DNA of 64,000 nucleotides from an uncultured Planctomycetia bacterium (GTDB lineage Bacteria; Omnitrophota; Gorgyraeia; Tantalellales; Tantalellaceae): NCBI GenBank assembly GCA_964409365.1, contig CAYPCX010000001.1, positions 64,684 to 128,683 of the forward strand, read 5' to 3'. Shown piece by piece: positions 61,037 to 64,000 of this stretch (position 1 is its first letter; each line of letters starts with the position of its first letter). The notes under the pieces were generated by a model. It saw only the letters and a program-made list of their open reading frames with translations, ran no database searches and was not told where the DNA came from. The position numbers and the translations under genes were made by a program.

Positions 61037-63810
61037 CCATAAAGGAAAAAATATTAAAGGACGTGTTCAAATACACATCCGCGAGGTATATCTCGCAGGG
61101 GATAGGTTTCTTCACGGCCATACTCCTAAGGCGTTTCCTCGGGCCGTTCTATGCCGGTATATGGAGCCTCTTCAAGGTATTTCTCGGGTATTTTTCATAT
61201 ACCGTCGCCCCCGTGAATATGGGCGCGAGTTATAAGATACCTTTCCACGCCGGGGCGGAGAACCGGGAAGAAGAAGAGGAAGCGAAGGACGTTGCTTTCA
61301 CGTTCACTCTGGCCGTTTCGGTCATAACGAGCGTGGCGCTCTTGGTCGCGGCGGTGGCCCTGAGGAACAGGTTCCCCCTGGCGGTGACGGTGGGCCTGTG
61401 CGTGCTCGCGACCTACCTGATATTCGACAGGGTGTGCGGTTATTACATGCTGGTCCTCCGGGCAAAAAAGAACTTTTCGGTCATGAGCAGGGCCCTGGTG
61501 TTCGACGCCGTTATAAACCTGGCGTTTGTGATGCTCCTTGTGAGGAATTTCAAGGTCTACGGCCTTTATGCCATGGTGCTCCTGGTGACGGTCTTTAACA
61601 CCCTTTTCATCCATTACCTGGCCCGCTACAAGGCGGCTTTGAAGTTCGACTGGAAGAAAATCAAAGAGCTTTTCAGGTTCGGTTTCCCCATAATGATAGT
61701 GGGGATGGGCGGATGGATGCTGAACAGCCTCGATAGGATAATGATAGCGAAGATGCTGGGAGTCACGTTCGTGGGATATTATTCCATACCTCTTATGGCG
61801 AAGGGTTATATTATAGAACTCTCCAGTTTCGGCACTGTGATAAGGCCGTGGCTCGTGGAGTCGTACGGCAAAAGAGAGAACGCCGATGACGTGAAGAAGT
61901 TCATAGTCGTGCCGTCGCTTGTTATAGCTTATATGCTGCCGCTGGTCCTGGGTTCGGTATTCTTCATCATTCCCGTCCTGGTGACGAAGGTCCTGCCGAA
62001 GTTCACGCCGGGCATACTGGCCACGCAGATACTTCTGGCAGGCATGTTCTTCCAGTCCTGTTACCCGCAGGCGGCGCATTTCTTGTACACCTCGGGGAAG
62101 AGGGTGAAGATGCTGCCGATCTTCGCGGGGGCCATGCTGGTCAATGTAGCGGGTAATTATTACCTCATAAAGATGGGGTATGGCATATACGGCGTGGCTA
62201 CCGCCACATCCATGGTGTCGTTCCTTTGTTTTATCGTTATACAGAGCTATGCCATGAGGCAATTTTCGGGATGGAAGGAGATCGGCGTATTTCTCCTTAA
62301 AATAATTTTCCCGGCGGCCTATACGGCAGGGGCTATTCTTTTGTGTGAAAGATACATAACTGTTGCCAATGTCTATGCGGCCGTACTTGTGAAGATATGC
62401 GCGCTTTTCATTTTCTCGGCGCCTCTTTTATTCATAGTGAACAAACAGACCGGTATAGTGCGCCTGATAGCGAAAGTGGTAACGAATAAGGTGAGAGGGC
62501 TCATCGACAAAGGAAAGGAAGCCGCCGCGGGGTACGATATCGTTTTCTGGGGGCACGGTCACAATGATATAGAGAGGTTCCTTCCCCTTATGGCGCATCT
62601 TAAGGAAAGGGGAGTGAGAGCGCTCCTTTTTTACCAGAGCTACGACTGGAAGGGTGAGCTGGCGCCGGTGCAGCGCAAAGTGATCGAGAAGAAAGGCCTG
62701 GAGATCATGGATTATTCCAGATTTTTCGGGAAAAACGTCTTTTTCATGCTTTCCAGCGCCGCTGTTTGGACTTTTAAGAATGTTGTCAGGAACGAATACC
62801 TTTACAATAAATGCAGGGGCCTGAGGTTCAGGCTGGTACAGGCGAAGATGACGGAACGGTTCATAAAGGGCCTTGTAGGGTTCCTGAAGCCAAAGATCAA
62901 CTTTTTTGACAATATATGTCTTGTGCGCCAGGCGAAGTACCCGTACGGCAGTTGCCTTATCAAGAAGGTTTCGGACGCTTCCGGCATAAGAAGTTTGTGC
63001 ATCTGTCACGGTGGTACCGGGCATATCCTTGAGTATGATTCCTCGGAAAGGGAATTTGACTTTGACAGGTTCTACATACCTAATCGTTACGAGGCCGGCA
63101 GGTTCGCCGCGAAACGCACCAAACCGGAAGCGGAAGTCCTCACACTGGGGGACCCCAGGTTCGACAGGAATTGGAAAAAAGAGATGAAAGCGCTTTTTTC
63201 TCCCGAGATAAACAGGAAACTGGAACGCATGGACCTCGGCGATAAACTGCGGCTCCTTTATCTGTGCCCTAATCTGGAGCATATAGGGGAGGAGGAGGCA
63301 AAATACACTAATCTCGACGGTGTGGTACGGCTCGCCAAGGATCTGGGGGCGGTGCTTCTGATAAAACCGCATCCCAGGTACAGGGGCGAAAGAAAGATAC
63401 GCAAGATCATGAAAAAAAGGGACTTCAGGGATTATTACATACTGGATGACGACCCGCTTTTATGCTACGCGGACCATGTCGACTTTGTGATATCCCTGAC
63501 GACCAGCGCTTTACAGGATATCCTCCCGGAAGGAAAGGACAAGATAGTTATCTTTGACGATTTCTCCTCCTCCGCCGATTTGGTCAATATTTTCAGCGAT
63601 AATTTCACGACCGTAGAAACATATGAAGAGCTGCTGGACTGTTTTACCGGAAAAAAGAGAGAAGCGGTGTCTCGTGCGGCCCGCATCGGTGCGTCTGAGG
63701 ATATAAGGGCTTTCTGTAAAAAATGGGTGGCCGGGGAGAAGGAACTGGATTCCGTTATTCCCGATATAGTCGATGACGTGTGTAACGAGCTGAATAAGGT
63801 AGGTCCATGA
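61033..63810 (+). CDS. fusion protein: N-terminal polysaccharide/oligosaccharide flippase (MOP/Wzx-like, ~12 TM) plus C-terminal TagB/TagF- or capsule-synthesis-like GT-B domain
   Basis: Residues 1-480 are polytopic with a Wzx-like pattern. Residues 500-925 are soluble with LIKPHPRYRGE and DFVISLTTSALQDIL blocks. Confidence 0.6.
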   Translation: MTIKEKILKDVFKYTSARYISQGIGFFTAILLRRFLGPFYAGIWSLFKVFLGYFSYTVAPVNMGASYKIPFHAGAENREEEEEAKDVAFTFTLAVSVITSVALLVAAVALRNRFPLAVTVGLCVLATYLIFDRVCGYYMLVLRAKKNFSVMSRALVFDAVINLAFVMLLVRNFKVYGLYAMVLLVTVFNTLFIHYLARYKAALKFDWKKIKELFRFGFPIMIVGMGGWMLNSLDRIMIAKMLGVTFVGYYSIPLMAKGYIIELSSFGTVIRPWLVESYGKRENADDVKKFIVVPSLVIAYMLPLVLGSVFFIIPVLVTKVLPKFTPGILATQILLAGMFFQSCYPQAAHFLYTSGKRVKMLPIFAGAMLVNVAGNYYLIKMGYGIYGVATATSMVSFLCFIVIQSYAMRQFSGWKEIGVFLLKIIFPAAYTAGAILLCERYITVANVYAAVLVKICALFIFSAPLLFIVNKQTGIVRLIAKVVTNKVRGLIDKGKEAAAGYDIVFWGHGHNDIERFLPLMAHLKERGVRALLFYQSYDWKGELAPVQRKVIEKKGLEIMDYSRFFGKNVFFMLSSAAVWTFKNVVRNEYLYNKCRGLRFRLVQAKMTERFIKGLVGFLKPKINFFDNICLVRQAKYPYGSCLIKKVSDASGIRSLCICHGGTGHILEYDSSEREFDFDRFYIPNRYEAGRFAAKRTKPEAEVLTLGDPRFDRNWKKEMKALFSPEINRKLERMDLGDKLRLLYLCPNLEHIGEEEAKYTNLDGVVRLAKDLGAVLLIKPHPRYRGERKIRKIMKKRDFRDYYILDDDPLLCYADHVDFVISLTTSALQDILPEGKDKIVIFDDFSSSADLVNIFSDNFTTVETYEELLDCFTGKKREAVSRAARIGASEDIRAFCKKWVAGEKELDSVIPDIVDDVCNELNKVGP

Positions 63811-64000
63811 ACCTGGGAATGAAAATAGACAGGTACCTGGCTGTCAGGATGCAGTCGTTAGGCAATGGGGTGCGCGAGCAGCAGAGCGGTCCGCCCATGG
63901 TTTTTCTCGGAGGGATGAGCAGGGTGGGAAACCATTTTCTGCATTCCCTCGTCGACGGGCATTCAAGGATAAAAGCGATGACGGAAGAAGATTTTTTGTT
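63807..64000 (+). CDS. sulfotransferase-like protein (3'-partial)
   Basis: PMVFLGGMSRVGNHFLHSLV resembles a PAPS 5'-phosphosulfate-binding loop (GxxRxGxx). ATGA overlap with the upstream gene. Truncated by the window end. Confidence 0.3.
   Translation, partial: MNLGMKIDRYLAVRMQSLGNGVREQQSGPPMVFLGGMSRVGNHFLHSLVDGHSRIKAMTEEDFL

Overview
High-GC bacterial chromosomal segment, with almost all genes on the + strand. The phylum cannot be determined from sequence alone. Gene content (LptD, YfhO, FmdB, DUF1015) and pervasive intergenic microsatellites suggest an uncultivated Gram-negative-type lineage. The 5' third is housekeeping: a partial APC-family amino-acid permease fused to a PTS EIIA(Ntr)-type domain, a SAM-dependent methyltransferase, miaB, cysQ, miaA, hflX, and a classical CIRCE/sigma70-promoter-controlled hrcA-grpE-dnaK-dnaJ operon. 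These are followed by an FmdB zinc-ribbon protein, a VanZ-family protein, a DUF1015 protein, accD, an orphan MalK/UgpC-like ABC ATPase, two tandem membrane GAF-GGDEF diguanylate cyclases, and an LptD with a long charged/proline-rich N-terminal extension. From about 22.2 kb to the end the window is one very long surface-glycan biosynthesis region. It contains dTDP-sugar genes (rmlA-like, rfbB, rfbD), a nucleotide-sugar dehydrogenase, epimerases, a carbamoyltransferase with SxtJ-like and SxtK (DUF5989) partner genes, UDP-glucuronate decarboxylase, gmd plus a perosamine-synthase-like aminotransferase, three DPM1-like GT2 enzymes, three GT-C enzymes (two ArnT/PMT-like GT39/83 and one YfhO), an FdtA-like cupin plus DegT aminotransferase, three paralogous membrane-anchored SGNH-like proteins and methyltransferases. 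It ends in a compositionally mosaic nonulosonic-acid (sialic-acid-like) module: two NeuB paralogs, NeuC, NeuA, a DegT aminotransferase, a B12-binding radical SAM protein, a radical SAM/SPASM protein, a large GT-B-like protein, a methyltransferase, a CDP-alcohol phosphatidyltransferase-family protein, a flippase fused to a TagF/capsule-synthesis-like domain, and a sulfotransferase-like gene start. Three features stand out. (1) A ~60 bp palindromic element (17-bp arms, TTCTGGGGACACGTCTG) lies directly downstream of three stop codons in the glycan cluster and is expanded once into a 5-unit, 49-bp-period tandem array that is not a CRISPR array. (2) Almost every intergenic spacer is filled with short degenerate tandem repeats of 6-9 nt. 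One 7-nt family (GACAGAG) runs into the 3' ends of grpE, accD and the rmlA-like gene, giving all three the same frame-independent TEDRRQR-type tail. (3) The nonulosonic-acid module shows signs of recent recombination: a 66-bp direct duplication flanking neuB-1, a low-GC island, and a 19-codon remnant of a dehydratase N-terminus. The radical SAM pair inside this module is not a known part of sialic-, legionaminic- or pseudaminic-acid pathways. No rRNA, tRNA, CRISPR array, transposase or integrase was recognised.
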